From positions 1 to 64,000 of the forward strand of contig JAVJWO010000134.1 of the NCBI GenBank assembly GCA_040222015.1: a stretch of DNA of 64,000 nt, written 5' to 3'. This DNA comes from Coleofasciculus chthonoplastes F2-STO-03. Its GTDB lineage: Bacteria; Cyanobacteriota; Cyanobacteriia; Cyanobacteriales; Coleofasciculaceae. A program made the position numbers and the translations under genes. The notes beneath the pieces were generated by a model. It did no database searches and was not told where the DNA came from. It worked only from the letters and a program-made list of their open reading frames with translations. This document shows, in pieces, positions 38,175 through 48,435 of this stretch. The number at the start of each line of letters is the position of its first letter. The first letter of the stretch is position 1.

Positions 38175-39014
38175 ATGTCTAGATTCAGCCGAACCTGGTG
38201 GGGGAAACGCTTTATTGATGCCTTAGAATCCTTTACCGACTCAGGTAGATTGGGACGAGGGCGTTCTTATGCCAGTGGGGGTAAGATTAAGGAGTATCAA
38301 ATTATTCAGGGGAAAATAACCGCAAAAGTTAGGGGGTCAATTAATCCCTATTTTGGCGTTTATAACGAGCCATTATACACCACAACCATTGAAATAAAAC
38401 CCATTTCAGCAGCATCGTGGTCAAAGGCGATCGCGAACTTGTCATCGAAGGCGAGTTTTGTCTCTAAACTCCTCATGAATGAGATGCCAGATAATATTGA
38501 AGAAGCATTTGCTGATGTTAATCTTCAGTTGTTACCCAAAAGCCGTTCTGACTTTAACACCCATTGTTCCTGTCCCGACTGGTCAAATCCCTGTAAACAT
38601 ATCGCCGGGGTTTATTACTTAGTCGCAACGGCGTTAGATGCTGACCCTTTTTTACTATTTGAACTCAGAGGTTTATCGCGAGAAAAGCTACAGCAAGAAC
38701 TAGGTAAATCCCCCTTAGGTCAGGTGTTATCTGAATCCTTACAGCATCAGGAAGCCGCCATAGAACCTGCCCAATCTTACTATACCCAGCTCGAAAAAAT
38801 GCCACCCCCATCATCTGTGAATCAGAAGGAGTTCTGGTTGGGAGAGAAACGATTACCCTCAATAGTGGAGGTGGATGCAACTGCGAATATTCCCGCCATT
38901 TTGATTAAAAAAGCCGGAGACATTCCTCCCTTTTGGCACAAGGATAGTTCGTTTATTGAGGCAATGGAACAGGTGTATCAGCGAGTGCGGACTAAAAATA
39001 AAGAGAGCCTCTGA
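38175..39014 (+). CDS. SWIM zinc-finger protein
   Basis: TWWG, RLGRGRSYA, CSCPDWSNPCKH, DPFLLFELRG; usual partner of this SNF2 type. Confidence 0.9.
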   Translation: MSRFSRTWWGKRFIDALESFTDSGRLGRGRSYASGGKIKEYQIIQGKITAKVRGSINPYFGVYNEPLYTTTIEIKPISAASWSKAIANLSSKASFVSKLLMNEMPDNIEEAFADVNLQLLPKSRSDFNTHCSCPDWSNPCKHIAGVYYLVATALDADPFLLFELRGLSREKLQQELGKSPLGQVLSESLQHQEAAIEPAQSYYTQLEKMPPPSSVNQKEFWLGEKRLPSIVEVDATANIPAILIKKAGDIPPFWHKDSSFIEAMEQVYQRVRTKNKESL

Positions 39015-39060
39015 ACAATGGGGTGTTTTTTCCTGGATTTCCGATGAAATTATTGTCGTA

Positions 39061-39183
39061 GTAGTGCGAGCATCTTGCTCGCTATCCAATCAGCATCTTG
39101 CTCGCTATCCAATCAGCATCTTGCTCGCTATCCAATCAGCATCTTGCTCGCTATCCAATCAGCATCTTGCTCGCTATCCAATC
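39061..39183 (+). repeat. REP family A copy followed by a 23-bp tandem repeat x5
   Basis: GTAGTGCGAGCATCTTGCTCGCTA, then (AGCATCTTGCTCGCTATCCAATC)5 at 39069-39183. Confidence 0.92.
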
Positions 39184-39356
39184 TGATCAAATTTCCGCAA
39201 AAACACGAATGCGAATCGCTGCGCCGATAGGTTAGGCTCGATAAAGACCATCTGGGATGCTCTCTCACTCTACCCTAACCGAGTAGCGGGAGATGCGATC
39301 GCGGTTTGGATGGGACACTACCGGATTGTGTGGATTAGTGCTGAGGCAAAACTGAG

Positions 39357-42300
39357 ATGATGTTGCCATCTATATTTAACACCTGTAGTCCCAGAGGGGA
39401 AATACAAGCCGGGGAGCTTTCGGTAGACTTGTTTGCCGCAAAAGTCCGTCCTGTGGTGGAAGGGAATGCTCCTTTAGTTTATCAAGATGCCAATGTCTTC
39501 TTTGCTAATACCTTCCCTACAGATGGGATTAAAACCCTGATTCGGGAAGTATTTGGGCGCTTAAGTGGTGCCGCAACGGGTTCTCCGGTGATTCGCTTGG
39601 AGACGAGCTTTGGCGGTGGTAAAACCCACGATGAGATTGCGATTTGGCATATCTGTAAGCAAGGGCGGCGGATTGACGGATTAGACCGTTTTGCTGACTT
39701 GACATTAATCCCAGACTATGCAGTGCAGGTGGCGGCGATTGATGGTAGAGACTTAGACCCAGAAAATGGGGTACATCATGGGAGTACGGGGATTACCACG
39801 TTTACCCTTTGGGGAGAAATCGCTTATCAAATCGGCGGAATTGCAGGCTATCAGCTTTTGCGCGGTTCGGATACCAGTGGGATTAGTCCGGGGACATCGG
39901 TACTGGAACGGCTGACGGATGGGAAACCCACTGTGATTATTTTGGATGAAATTGCCCGGTATCTGAGAGCGGCGCAAGGGAAAGTCGTGGGACAGAGTAC
40001 CCTGTCTAAGCAGGTGGTGGCGTTTCTGTTCTCGTTGATGGATTTGGCGGCGTCGGTTAATCATTTAATTCTGGTCTATTCTCTAGCATCGGCGTCGGAT
40101 ACGTTTAGTGAAGAAACCACAGAACTGAACGAAGTGATTCGCGCCTCGGCAAGGCAAGAGCGGGTATTGAGTCCGAGTACGGATGTTGAGATTTATAATA
40201 TCGTCAAGCAACGGTTATTTGAAAGCGTGAGTGCCAAAGCCTCAGAGGATGCTGCGTCTGAATATTTAAGTGCCTATCGTGCTAGTCGGATTAATTTGCC
40301 CGATGGCTGCCAAGATGCTCCCTATGCTAACGCGATCGCATCGAGTTATCCGTTTCATCCTGAATTATTTAATTTACTCACTAAGAAGATTGCTTCAATC
40401 CCCGAATTTCAGCGCACTAGGGGCGCATTGCGGTTATTTGCTATGGTGGTGCGTTATCTGTGGCAAAATCCTACGGAATGGATACCGATGATTCATACTC
40501 ACCATATCCCGGTGGGGGTGGAGGCGAAGGTGACGGATGAGTTAACCTCTCGCTTGCAGCGTCCCCTGATGCGGAATCCGATTCAGGCGGATATTTATAA
40601 TGCTTCTGGGAGAGAAGCTTATGCTCAAGTCCAGGATCAACAGTGGGTGGTTGCAGGGAAACCCCCATTCTCAACATGGGTAGCGCGGACTATATTTTTA
40701 CATTCTCTCACCCAAGGGATTTCATCGGGGATTCGACGGGCGGAGTTAAATTTATCCTTACTGACGCCGGGACTGGAGATTGGGTTTGTAGACCAGGTAT
40801 TGGATAAACTGACCGCTGTGGCGTGGTATTTAGATAACGACCCGATTACCTCAATTGCTCGGTTTAAAGAAGAACCCTCAATTAATAAGATTATCACCGA
40901 AGAGAAAGAGCAGGTGGGCAAGATTCAGGCAAAAGAAGACTTGCGATCGCGCCGAGATAGCATTTTTGCCTCAAAAGCTTTTAAGCTAGTTATACCGGAC
41001 TCCCCTGCCGATGTGGATGATGTCCCTGATCCGATTGCCCTGTGTGTGATTGATTTCGACAATGTGATGGTATCCTCATCCCAAGACCCTGCACCCTATC
41101 TGATTGAACAGATTTTTGACAATACAGGAGAGTCGGGCAAATTCCGCACCTATCGCAATCGCCTCCTATTTTTAGTCGCCAATAAGCACGAACTCGAACG
41201 CACTGTTGACCTGGCTAGGGAACATAAGGGGATTAAGAATATTCTGGCAAGTCCCAATCGGTTAGAAGATATCTCCGAAAGTCAGCAGAAACAACTGCGC
41301 CAGAAAGATGGCGAGATTGACTTGAGGTTACGAATCGCTATAACCAATACCTACCGCCATCTATTTTATCCGGCGAATGACCCAGTAAAAGCGCCCAAGG
41401 GGTTGATACATTACACCTTACCTGCCCAAGATTCCAGTACGGTAAAAGGGAAGAGTAATCAGCAGGAAGTAATCCTTAAAGCACTCCGGGACTGCGGTAA
41501 AGTGAGGGCGGAAGTAGAAGACCAGGCGAAACCCTTTGCCCCTGCTTATATTTTGCAGAAGGTTTGGCTTTCTGGCATCGACCATTGGACAACGAAAAGC
41601 CTACGAGAGGAATTTGCTAAGAATCTGGCGCTAAATATGCCCATTGAAGCCGAAATTCCCAGGCTGCGGGAGACGGTAAAACGGGGATTAGTCGAGGGAC
41701 AGTGGGATATGAAGGTGGGAGAGCGGTTATTTATTAAAGCAGATGGAAATTTGACCCCACCCGAACCGATTGAGTTCTCGGAACGGATGGTACTCTATCG
41801 CCGAGGAATTTTACAACCCCCGAAACCCAAGGAAGTCGAACTCAGCGCCCAGGTAATGTCAAGTACGGAAGCGACGAAACCCGTGCGGGTGCGGTGGAAG
41901 GCGAGGGGGGCGTTAACGGTGTCTCTGTATCAAGATGAAAGGGTGATAAGGGAAGACTTTCGTCCCTCGGATGAGTATGAGGGAAGTATTTCTCAGACGA
42001 CAGTGTTTAAGATAGTCGCAGATTATGGCAATGGCGAGGTTGAACAGCGACAGACGCAGGTAATGTTAACCGGGGAGTTTACCTATGGTACAGGGGGTTC
42101 GAGGCGGAGTTCCACGGTTAGCGAACCGAAGGGGATATTTCAGGTTAAACCCGAACAGATTGACCTAGAGGGTACACCCAATAGCGTATTTACCGCGTTG
42201 AGCGATCGCTGTAGTGATGATAAAGTACAGGGAATTCAATGGCTAGAACTGTCCGTTGACCAAGTAATGGATTACCGCAAGCTAGGAACAGCGCTACCTT

Positions 42301-42584
42301 TGCTGAGTCGTTTTCCACTACAAATTGACCAGCGCGTGATGATTCAGACGGGGGACTTTACTCGGTTAGAATACCAGGGTTCAGTGCGAGGTTTCCAGAG
42401 TTTTTTCTCTACTATCAATACTTTACTTAACGCGCCCAGTGTGCAAGCAGATGTGAATTTGAAACTCACGTTTGAGTTTGATAACGCAGTGTCGCCAGGG
42501 GGTTCAGAAATCAATATAATCAAACAGGCGCTTTTACGTAATCCCGTAGAACGTCTCTATTTGAGTGCAAGGGTAAGGTATTAA
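39357..42584 (+). CDS. DUF499 family AAA+ ATPase
   Basis: FFANTFPT, Walker A TSFGGGKTH, TLWGEIAYQ, Walker B IILDE, SYPFHPEL, FQRTRGALR. Confidence 0.88.
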   Translation: MMLPSIFNTCSPRGEIQAGELSVDLFAAKVRPVVEGNAPLVYQDANVFFANTFPTDGIKTLIREVFGRLSGAATGSPVIRLETSFGGGKTHDEIAIWHICKQGRRIDGLDRFADLTLIPDYAVQVAAIDGRDLDPENGVHHGSTGITTFTLWGEIAYQIGGIAGYQLLRGSDTSGISPGTSVLERLTDGKPTVIILDEIARYLRAAQGKVVGQSTLSKQVVAFLFSLMDLAASVNHLILVYSLASASDTFSEETTELNEVIRASARQERVLSPSTDVEIYNIVKQRLFESVSAKASEDAASEYLSAYRASRINLPDGCQDAPYANAIASSYPFHPELFNLLTKKIASIPEFQRTRGALRLFAMVVRYLWQNPTEWIPMIHTHHIPVGVEAKVTDELTSRLQRPLMRNPIQADIYNASGREAYAQVQDQQWVVAGKPPFSTWVARTIFLHSLTQGISSGIRRAELNLSLLTPGLEIGFVDQVLDKLTAVAWYLDNDPITSIARFKEEPSINKIITEEKEQVGKIQAKEDLRSRRDSIFASKAFKLVIPDSPADVDDVPDPIALCVIDFDNVMVSSSQDPAPYLIEQIFDNTGESGKFRTYRNRLLFLVANKHELERTVDLAREHKGIKNILASPNRLEDISESQQKQLRQKDGEIDLRLRIAITNTYRHLFYPANDPVKAPKGLIHYTLPAQDSSTVKGKSNQQEVILKALRDCGKVRAEVEDQAKPFAPAYILQKVWLSGIDHWTTKSLREEFAKNLALNMPIEAEIPRLRETVKRGLVEGQWDMKVGERLFIKADGNLTPPEPIEFSERMVLYRRGILQPPKPKEVELSAQVMSSTEATKPVRVRWKARGALTVSLYQDERVIREDFRPSDEYEGSISQTTVFKIVADYGNGEVEQRQTQVMLTGEFTYGTGGSRRSSTVSEPKGIFQVKPEQIDLEGTPNSVFTALSDRCSDDKVQGIQWLELSVDQVMDYRKLGTALPLLSRFPLQIDQRVMIQTGDFTRLEYQGSVRGFQSFFSTINTLLNAPSVQADVNLKLTFEFDNAVSPGGSEINIIKQALLRNPVERLYLSARVRY

Positions 42585-43012
42585 TGCAAGAATTTCAACT
42601 GCGGGTGGTTCCCACGGATAACAATAATTTCGCCTTGGAGTTGTATCAATGTGCCTATAAAAAGGCGGGGGAAAAAAAGCGACCAGCGGCTAAACGAATT
42701 GGGCGGTTGAAGGGTAAGGCGTTGGTGCAGGCGAGATCGGTGATTTATGAGGTTTTAAAAGCGAATAATTATGACCCGAAAACTCTATCACACAAGCGGC
42801 AATCTCCCTATATTTTAAGTGAGGAATCGGGGGTTAATTTGGCGCTGTTATTTCAAGCTTTGCAACCGCTATCAAAACCGGAACGCATTGCGAATATCAG
42901 TGCCGGAGTTACAGCGATGAGTAATGAAGAGGCACATTATTGGTTCGCCAAAATTAATAATGGCAAGCGAAGTCCGGCGTTAAAGGCAATGCGAGTGTTA
43001 TTAGGGGATTAG
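42584..43012 (+). CDS. Small protein in the DUF3780-like position of the DUF499 operon
   Basis: TAATG coupling to the ATPase; LSEESGVNLALLF, MSNEEAHYWFAK. Confidence 0.7.
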   Translation: MQEFQLRVVPTDNNNFALELYQCAYKKAGEKKRPAAKRIGRLKGKALVQARSVIYEVLKANNYDPKTLSHKRQSPYILSEESGVNLALLFQALQPLSKPERIANISAGVTAMSNEEAHYWFAKINNGKRSPALKAMRVLLGD

Positions 43013-43333
43013 GAGTGTGAGCATCCTGCTCACGTATATGCACAAGAGTCAATCTGCCAATGCCAATCTGCCAATGCCAATCTGCCAATGCCAATCTGCC
43101 AATGCCAATCTCCCAATGCCAATCTCCCAATGCCAATCTCCAACTATCAATCTCCCAATGCCAATCTCCCAATGCCAATCTCCCAATGCCAATCTCCAAC
43201 TATCAATCTCCCAATGCCAATCTCCAACTATCAATCTCCCAATACCAATCTCCCAATGCCAATCTCCCAATACCAATCTCCCAATGCCAATCTCCAACTA
43301 TCAATTTCCAAGCGAGCAAGATGCTCGCACTAC
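43012..43333. repeat. Inverted REP-A pair enclosing ~18 degenerate 14-bp tandem units
   Basis: REP at 43012-43033 (+) and 43311-43333 (-); units CAATCT(G/C)CCAATGC / CAATCTCCAACTAT. Confidence 0.9.
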
Positions 43334-43407
43334 AGACAGATATAAGCATTTTGTTTATTATAGAAGTTAAAAACTGAAAAATTAGAAAAATTCAAGGAAT
43401 CTTAGTC

Positions 43408-44070
43408 ATGTTACAATATGATCCGAAATTACGCCTGCCAACAAGTGCTGAATTGCCTTGTTCTGATGATACGCCTGTGGATAACGAGAATCAAAATTTT
43501 ATTCCAAACTTACTGTTATTTTTACTAAAGTTTATTTGGGGGAAGCGAACAGATTGGTTTTTTGGGGTGGATATGGGAATTTATCACACCACAGGAGTTA
43601 GTCCGTTGGTTCCTGTAGTTCCCGATGGCTTTTTGAGTTTAGGGGTTGAACGTCATCGGCAAGGTAGACAGAGGAAAAGCTATGTAGTTTGGGAAGAAAA
43701 TGGTGTTGTTCCAATTTTTGTGTTAGAGGTGGCATCGCGAACACCGGGGGGAGAATACGATACGAAGATGGGAATTTATGCCAACTTGGGAGTTTTATAT
43801 TATCTGGTTTATAACCCTGAATATTGGCAGCGAGATAGGCATCAATCTTTTGAGGTTTACCGCTTAGTAAATGGAGAGTATCAACTGCAAATTGGTGAAC
43901 CTTACTGGATGCCAGAAGTTGGCTTAGGGATTGGACGTGCGCCTTACCAAGATGGTGAACTAGAGATTGAAGCATTGTATTGGTACAATCAGCAGGGTGT
44001 CCGTTATTTAACACCTGAAGAACAATTAGCCCGTTATCAAGAACGTTTTGGCGAATTACCGGAGGATTAA
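43408..44070 (+). CDS. Uma2 (DUF820) family endonuclease-like protein
   Basis: ELPCSDDTPVDNE, VPDGFL, VLEVAS, GVLYYLVYNP. Confidence 0.9.
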   Translation: MLQYDPKLRLPTSAELPCSDDTPVDNENQNFIPNLLLFLLKFIWGKRTDWFFGVDMGIYHTTGVSPLVPVVPDGFLSLGVERHRQGRQRKSYVVWEENGVVPIFVLEVASRTPGGEYDTKMGIYANLGVLYYLVYNPEYWQRDRHQSFEVYRLVNGEYQLQIGEPYWMPEVGLGIGRAPYQDGELEIEALYWYNQQGVRYLTPEEQLARYQERFGELPED

Positions 44071-44157
44071 AATTTCTTCAAGTCGCAGATTCATAATTCG
44101 TAGTGCGTTCGCGTAGCGTGCGCGTAGTGCGAGCATCTTGCTCGCGATGGGAGTAAG

Positions 44158-44607
44158 ATGAAATTCAAAAAACAACTTCCTCAATTAGAAATCCCTAAAG
44201 GCAGATACTTCGTTACCTTCGTGACGTGGGAAAGACTAGAACTAACTCCAGAAGCTCGACAGGTTGTGCTAGATGCTTGCAGTTTTTTTCACAATCAACG
44301 ATATCAGATATTTACTGGAGTTATCATGCCAGATCACGTACATCTGTTGATTCAGCCTTTTCTCAAAACGGAGACAGAATTTTGGTCAATTGGGAGTATT
44401 TTGCATAGCATCAAAAGTTATAGCGCCAAACAAATTCCTCAAGTGATGCGACATATTGGCAAGGTTTGGCAAGATGGAAGATATGATAAGCTGATGAGGG
44501 ATGAGAAAGAATTCGAGCAGGCATGGGAGTATATTAGACAAAATCCGGTTAAGGCTGGATTATCAAAGACTCCGGAAGATTATCCTTTCTTTTGGGAGAT
44601 ATTTTGA
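44158..44607 (+). CDS. rayT: REP-associated tyrosine transposase (RAYT/TnpA-REP, Y1 HUH)
   Basis: YFVTFVT, MPDHVHLL (HUH), SIKSYSA, VWQ, YIRQNPVKAGL; REP-A copies at 44124-44145 and 44609-44632. Confidence 0.88.
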   Translation: MKFKKQLPQLEIPKGRYFVTFVTWERLELTPEARQVVLDACSFFHNQRYQIFTGVIMPDHVHLLIQPFLKTETEFWSIGSILHSIKSYSAKQIPQVMRHIGKVWQDGRYDKLMRDEKEFEQAWEYIRQNPVKAGLSKTPEDYPFFWEIF

Positions 44608-44608
44608 A

Positions 44609-44756
44609 GGAGTGCGAGCATCTTGCTCGCTACCTATAATTTAATTAGAGCTCGCTACCTAATAATTAGAGCTCGCTACCTAATAATTAGAGCTCGCTAC
44701 CTAATAACTAGAGTTCGTGACCTAATAATTAGAGCTTGCTGCATCTTGTACACTAC
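44609..44756 (+). repeat. REP-A plus a 21-bp tandem repeat (GCTCGCTACCTAATAATTAGA, ~5 decaying units)
   Basis: Unit begins with the REP 3' arm. Confidence 0.85.
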
Positions 44757-44783
44757 CGATGATTTACAGCATCTTACTCAGAA

Positions 44784-44953
44784 GGGAGCATGTCACCTTT
44801 GTCGGTTAGACCCTTGGAACGTAGGCGTGACGCGCAGCGATAGCGACGTAAGGAGCGTCAACCTTCTCGTACTCCTTTGGAGTTCCCGAAGGGTAGAGTA
44901 ACCCAACGAGAGCAGGCTAACTTGGACATTTTGTGCCAACCTGATAGGCTCCC
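44784..44953. mobile_element. 170-bp MITE with 9-bp target-site duplication
   Basis: Ends GGGAGCATGTCA / TGATAGGCTCCC; TACTCAGAA at 44775-44783 and 44954-44962. Confidence 0.85.
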
Positions 44954-45067
44954 TACTCAGAAAGCCAGCGTCCAAACCCTTATCGGTTAACAATCTTAGT
45001 CAATAGCGAGCGAGACGCTCGCACTACCATAAAAAATATACCCTTTAATTTCTGTACAATTTAACCC

Positions 45068-48000
45068 ATGACTACCCCTAACCGCCCCAAAGTGTTCATT
45101 GAAAAAATCATGCCTGTGGAGTTATTAAACAAGCAGGTATATTACGAGAATGGGGGAAATCCATTCAAGGGTTTACATCGTTGGTATTCGCGCAAACCTT
45201 TGTCATTTAGCCGCGCTAGTGTTTTGGCGTCGCTGTTACCTGCTGATATTTCCATGGATGAGTTTGAATATCTGTTGGGATTAGAGAGACGCCAGTACAG
45301 AAGTAAAGAGGTAAGGCTATACAAAACACCGCCAACGTCAGAACGGATTCAGCAGGTACATGATTTGTGTGAGAAGGTTTGGGGAAAGCGGACTCCTACT
45401 GTGTTGGATGCGTTTGCAGGGGGTGGGAGTATTCCCTTTGAGGCGGCGCGGTATGGGTTGAATGTGCTGGCGTCGGATTTGAATCCGGTGGCGGTGGTGA
45501 CGATGAAGGCGGCGATGGAATATCCTCTCAAGTTTGGTCCCGATTTGCAGCAGGATATTGATAAGTGGGTGAAGTGGGTAGGGGATGAGGCGAAGAAGCG
45601 ATTGGCTGAGTTTTTTCCGTCTTTGGAAGGGGAAAGGGTACAGAATTATTTATGGGCGCATACGGTGGTTTGTCCAAGTTGTGAGTCGGTGGTGCCGTTG
45701 AGTCCAAATTGGTGGTTGAGTAAGACGAGTAATTATGCAGGAAAAGGGAAAGAAAGGAAAGTTACCAGTGATTGGTATGCGGTGAAGCCAATTCCGAATC
45801 CTGAGAAGAAGCGGGTTGATTTTGAGTTGATTAAGGGAAGGAAGGGGAAGGGTAAAACGATTATTTATGAGGATAATTCGGATAATAACGTAGTGGGAGC
45901 GTCTCGCTCCCTTACCTCTCCCGGTAGCTCCCTTACCTCTCCCGGTAGCTTCCTTACCTCTTCCGACAGCAAACAGGATGAAAGGATTAGCGAGCAAGAT
46001 TTGGGGAGAGGATGTAGCGAGCAAGATGCTCGCACTCCCCATATTAATCGCAAATTGGAATATGATCCAGATACTACAACAACCCTGAGCAGAGGTGTTG
46101 GTAAATGTCCCAATTGTGGAAGTGTCATTGAAGATGAATCAATTAAAGCCTATTCATCTGTTAATAATTTGGGACATCAAATTTACGCTGTAGCTTATAA
46201 AAAGGGGAAATCAAATCTATATTTTCGGCTACCTGATCAAATTGATTTAGATGGACTTGAAAATGCTCAATTAGCACTTAAACAGAAGTATGCTGATTTG
46301 ACTGTTGCGAATCTAATTCCTAGTGAACCAACGAGTACAGGTTTACATGATTCCCCTCGAAATTATGAATATGGTTTGCGACAATACGAAGACTGTTTTA
46401 ATGCTCGTCAGCTTCTAACCCTTGTCACCTATGTAGAAATTATCAACGAGGCAAAGTCAAAGCTACAGGCTGAGTATGAGCCAGAGAAAGCAGAGGCGAT
46501 TAGCACTTATTTAGCTTTGGTTTTAGATAGATGCATTGATGCTAATTGTCGATTAGTTATTTATAATGCAGCCAGAGCTTGTATTCAAAAGGCTTCAACA
46601 CAACACGCATTAAACTTAATGTGGAACTATCCAGAGGTAAATGGAGCAACAGAACTTTGGCAAGCGTGTCAAGAAGAAGCAGCTAGAGACTACACAAAAC
46701 TTTGCTCTTTATTCGGAACCAAACCCCACTCAATCGGCTTACCTGGAATCGAACACTACGACCCAAAATCCATCCAAATAGAAGCAGCATCAGCCGATAG
46801 CCTCTTCCACATCCCCGATAACTCCATAGACGCCATTATCACAGATCCTCCCTACTATTCCACAATCCAATACGCCGAACTCTCAGACTTCTTCTACGTC
46901 TGGATGAAACGCACCCTCGGCGACATTTTCCCCGAAATCTTTCTAACCGAACTCACCGACAAAGACAGAGAAGCCGTCGCCAACCCCTCCCGCTTCCGCA
47001 ACATGGGGATATCCGCCGACGAACTCGCCAACCAAGACTACGAAGCGAAAATGGCACTCGCCTTTAGCGAATATTACCGTGTCCTGCGAGATGACGGCGT
47101 AATGACGGTACAATTCAACCACAAAGACTCCGGCGCATGGGATGTCCTGGCAAAATCCCTCATCGATGCAGGCTTCGAGATTACCGCATCTTGGGCAGTC
47201 AGCACCGAAAACCCCCAAAACCTGCACCAAGCCAAGAAAAACTCCGTCTCCAGTACCGTCCTTTTAGTCTGCCGCAAACGTGACCCCAACGCCGAACAAG
47301 CTTGGTGGGATGACTTGCGCCCCGAAGTCGCTAACCTCGTAGAACAACGCGCCCCCGAATTTGAAGCCAACGACATCACCGGAATTGACCTCTATTTAAG
47401 CGCCTTTGGTCCAGCCTTAAACGTCTTTTCCCGTTCTCACCCCATCCTCGACAGCAGCGGCGAAGAAGTGCGCCCAGAACAAGCCTTTGCTGAAGCCAGA
47501 AAAGCCATCGCCAACTACCGCTTCCGCAAACTCGTCCAAACCGACACCGCCGGGTTTGACCCCCTCACCCAATGGTATCTCCTAGCTTGGGATGCATTCA
47601 AAGCGCGAGAATTCCCCTTCGATGAAGCCCGACAACTCGCACTTGCCATCGGTGGCTTCAATGTCACCGACTTAGCCAAAACCCACAAATTACTAGACTC
47701 TACCAGTGGCACTTGTAAACTATTATCCCCCCAACAGCGCCTGAAAAAACGCGCTTTTTCCGTCAACGAACAAGAATTTTCCGCCCTTTATTTAGTAGAC
47801 GGACTCCACGCCATCCTCGCTATCTACCAAGAAGAACAAAGTATCCAACTGGTGCGCCGCTTCATGAAAAATACCGGACTGGTGAGTAATGATATGTTTA
47901 TGAAAACCATGGAAGTAGCCTTTAAAGTGATTCCCGATAGCGTTTCAGAACACAAAGCCTTGTTAGACTTGTGGTTAGCGATGGATGAAATTAAGGCAAA

Positions 48001-48082
48001 AGTGGTGGTGGAACAGATGGAACTGCCGTTAGAGGTTGGGCAATTGAGCTTAGATTTAGACAACAGTAGTAATTCCCAATAA
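45068..48082 (+). CDS. DUF1156-type adenine DNA methyltransferase
   Basis: LHRWYSRKPL, motif I DAFAGGGSIPFEA, SDLNPVA, CxxC pairs, catalytic TDPPYY. Confidence 0.9.
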   Translation: MTTPNRPKVFIEKIMPVELLNKQVYYENGGNPFKGLHRWYSRKPLSFSRASVLASLLPADISMDEFEYLLGLERRQYRSKEVRLYKTPPTSERIQQVHDLCEKVWGKRTPTVLDAFAGGGSIPFEAARYGLNVLASDLNPVAVVTMKAAMEYPLKFGPDLQQDIDKWVKWVGDEAKKRLAEFFPSLEGERVQNYLWAHTVVCPSCESVVPLSPNWWLSKTSNYAGKGKERKVTSDWYAVKPIPNPEKKRVDFELIKGRKGKGKTIIYEDNSDNNVVGASRSLTSPGSSLTSPGSFLTSSDSKQDERISEQDLGRGCSEQDARTPHINRKLEYDPDTTTTLSRGVGKCPNCGSVIEDESIKAYSSVNNLGHQIYAVAYKKGKSNLYFRLPDQIDLDGLENAQLALKQKYADLTVANLIPSEPTSTGLHDSPRNYEYGLRQYEDCFNARQLLTLVTYVEIINEAKSKLQAEYEPEKAEAISTYLALVLDRCIDANCRLVIYNAARACIQKASTQHALNLMWNYPEVNGATELWQACQEEAARDYTKLCSLFGTKPHSIGLPGIEHYDPKSIQIEAASADSLFHIPDNSIDAIITDPPYYSTIQYAELSDFFYVWMKRTLGDIFPEIFLTELTDKDREAVANPSRFRNMGISADELANQDYEAKMALAFSEYYRVLRDDGVMTVQFNHKDSGAWDVLAKSLIDAGFEITASWAVSTENPQNLHQAKKNSVSSTVLLVCRKRDPNAEQAWWDDLRPEVANLVEQRAPEFEANDITGIDLYLSAFGPALNVFSRSHPILDSSGEEVRPEQAFAEARKAIANYRFRKLVQTDTAGFDPLTQWYLLAWDAFKAREFPFDEARQLALAIGGFNVTDLAKTHKLLDSTSGTCKLLSPQQRLKKRAFSVNEQEFSALYLVDGLHAILAIYQEEQSIQLVRRFMKNTGLVSNDMFMKTMEVAFKVIPDSVSEHKALLDLWLAMDEIKAKVVVEQMELPLEVGQLSLDLDNSSNSQ

Positions 48083-48431
48083 TTTATGAAATTCATTTGT
48101 AGTGCGAGCATCTTGCTCGCTACAAACCCTGCCGTTATAGGTTATTCATTTGTAGTGCGAGCATCTGGCTCGCTACAAACCCACATCAATACAGCCCACA
48201 CCCTGAGCTTAGATTTAGACAACAGTAGTAATTTCCAATAATTTATGAAATTCATTTGTAGTGCGAGCATCTGGCTCGCTACAAACCCACATCTAATCCT
48301 CGATCCAAAAACCCTCCAATCAACCGAAGAACAACGTATAATTATTGGTGTCATAACCTGGCAATAATATGTCAACTTCGCCGATATATTTGTCGATTTA
48401 ATATAAGTAGCGACCAAGATGGTCGCACTAC
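48045..48431. repeat. Intergenic REP-A cluster with an 85-bp duplication of the methylase 3' end
   Basis: 48045-48129 matches 48204-48288 (2 mismatches); REPs at 48099, 48152, 48258 (+) and 48408-48431 (-). Confidence 0.88.
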
Positions 48432-48435
48432 AAAA

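Noticed and set aside
38859..39186. Short ORFs containing EQDARTT / VVRASCSL (also 44623-44901 and 48142-48441)
   Set aside because: Translations of intergenic REPs and tandem repeats.
42954..43377. Five overlapping ORFs with CQSPNANLP / WHWEIGIG repeats
   Set aside because: Translations of a 14-bp tandem array between two REPs; no evidence of coding.
44158..44607. IS200 TnpA insertion sequence
   Set aside because: WQ and NPVKAGL motifs plus flanking GTAG-REPs fit RAYT; no tnpB or IS ends.
45860..46050. Intein in the methylase (also the helicase and RecJ inserts)
   Set aside because: No Cys/Ser start, His-Asn end or splicing motifs; the inserts are REP-derived.
48091..48288. Mini-CRISPR (three ~39-bp repeats)
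   Set aside because: Spacers are very unequal (14 and ~67 bp), one copies the adjacent gene end, and the repeats are REPs.
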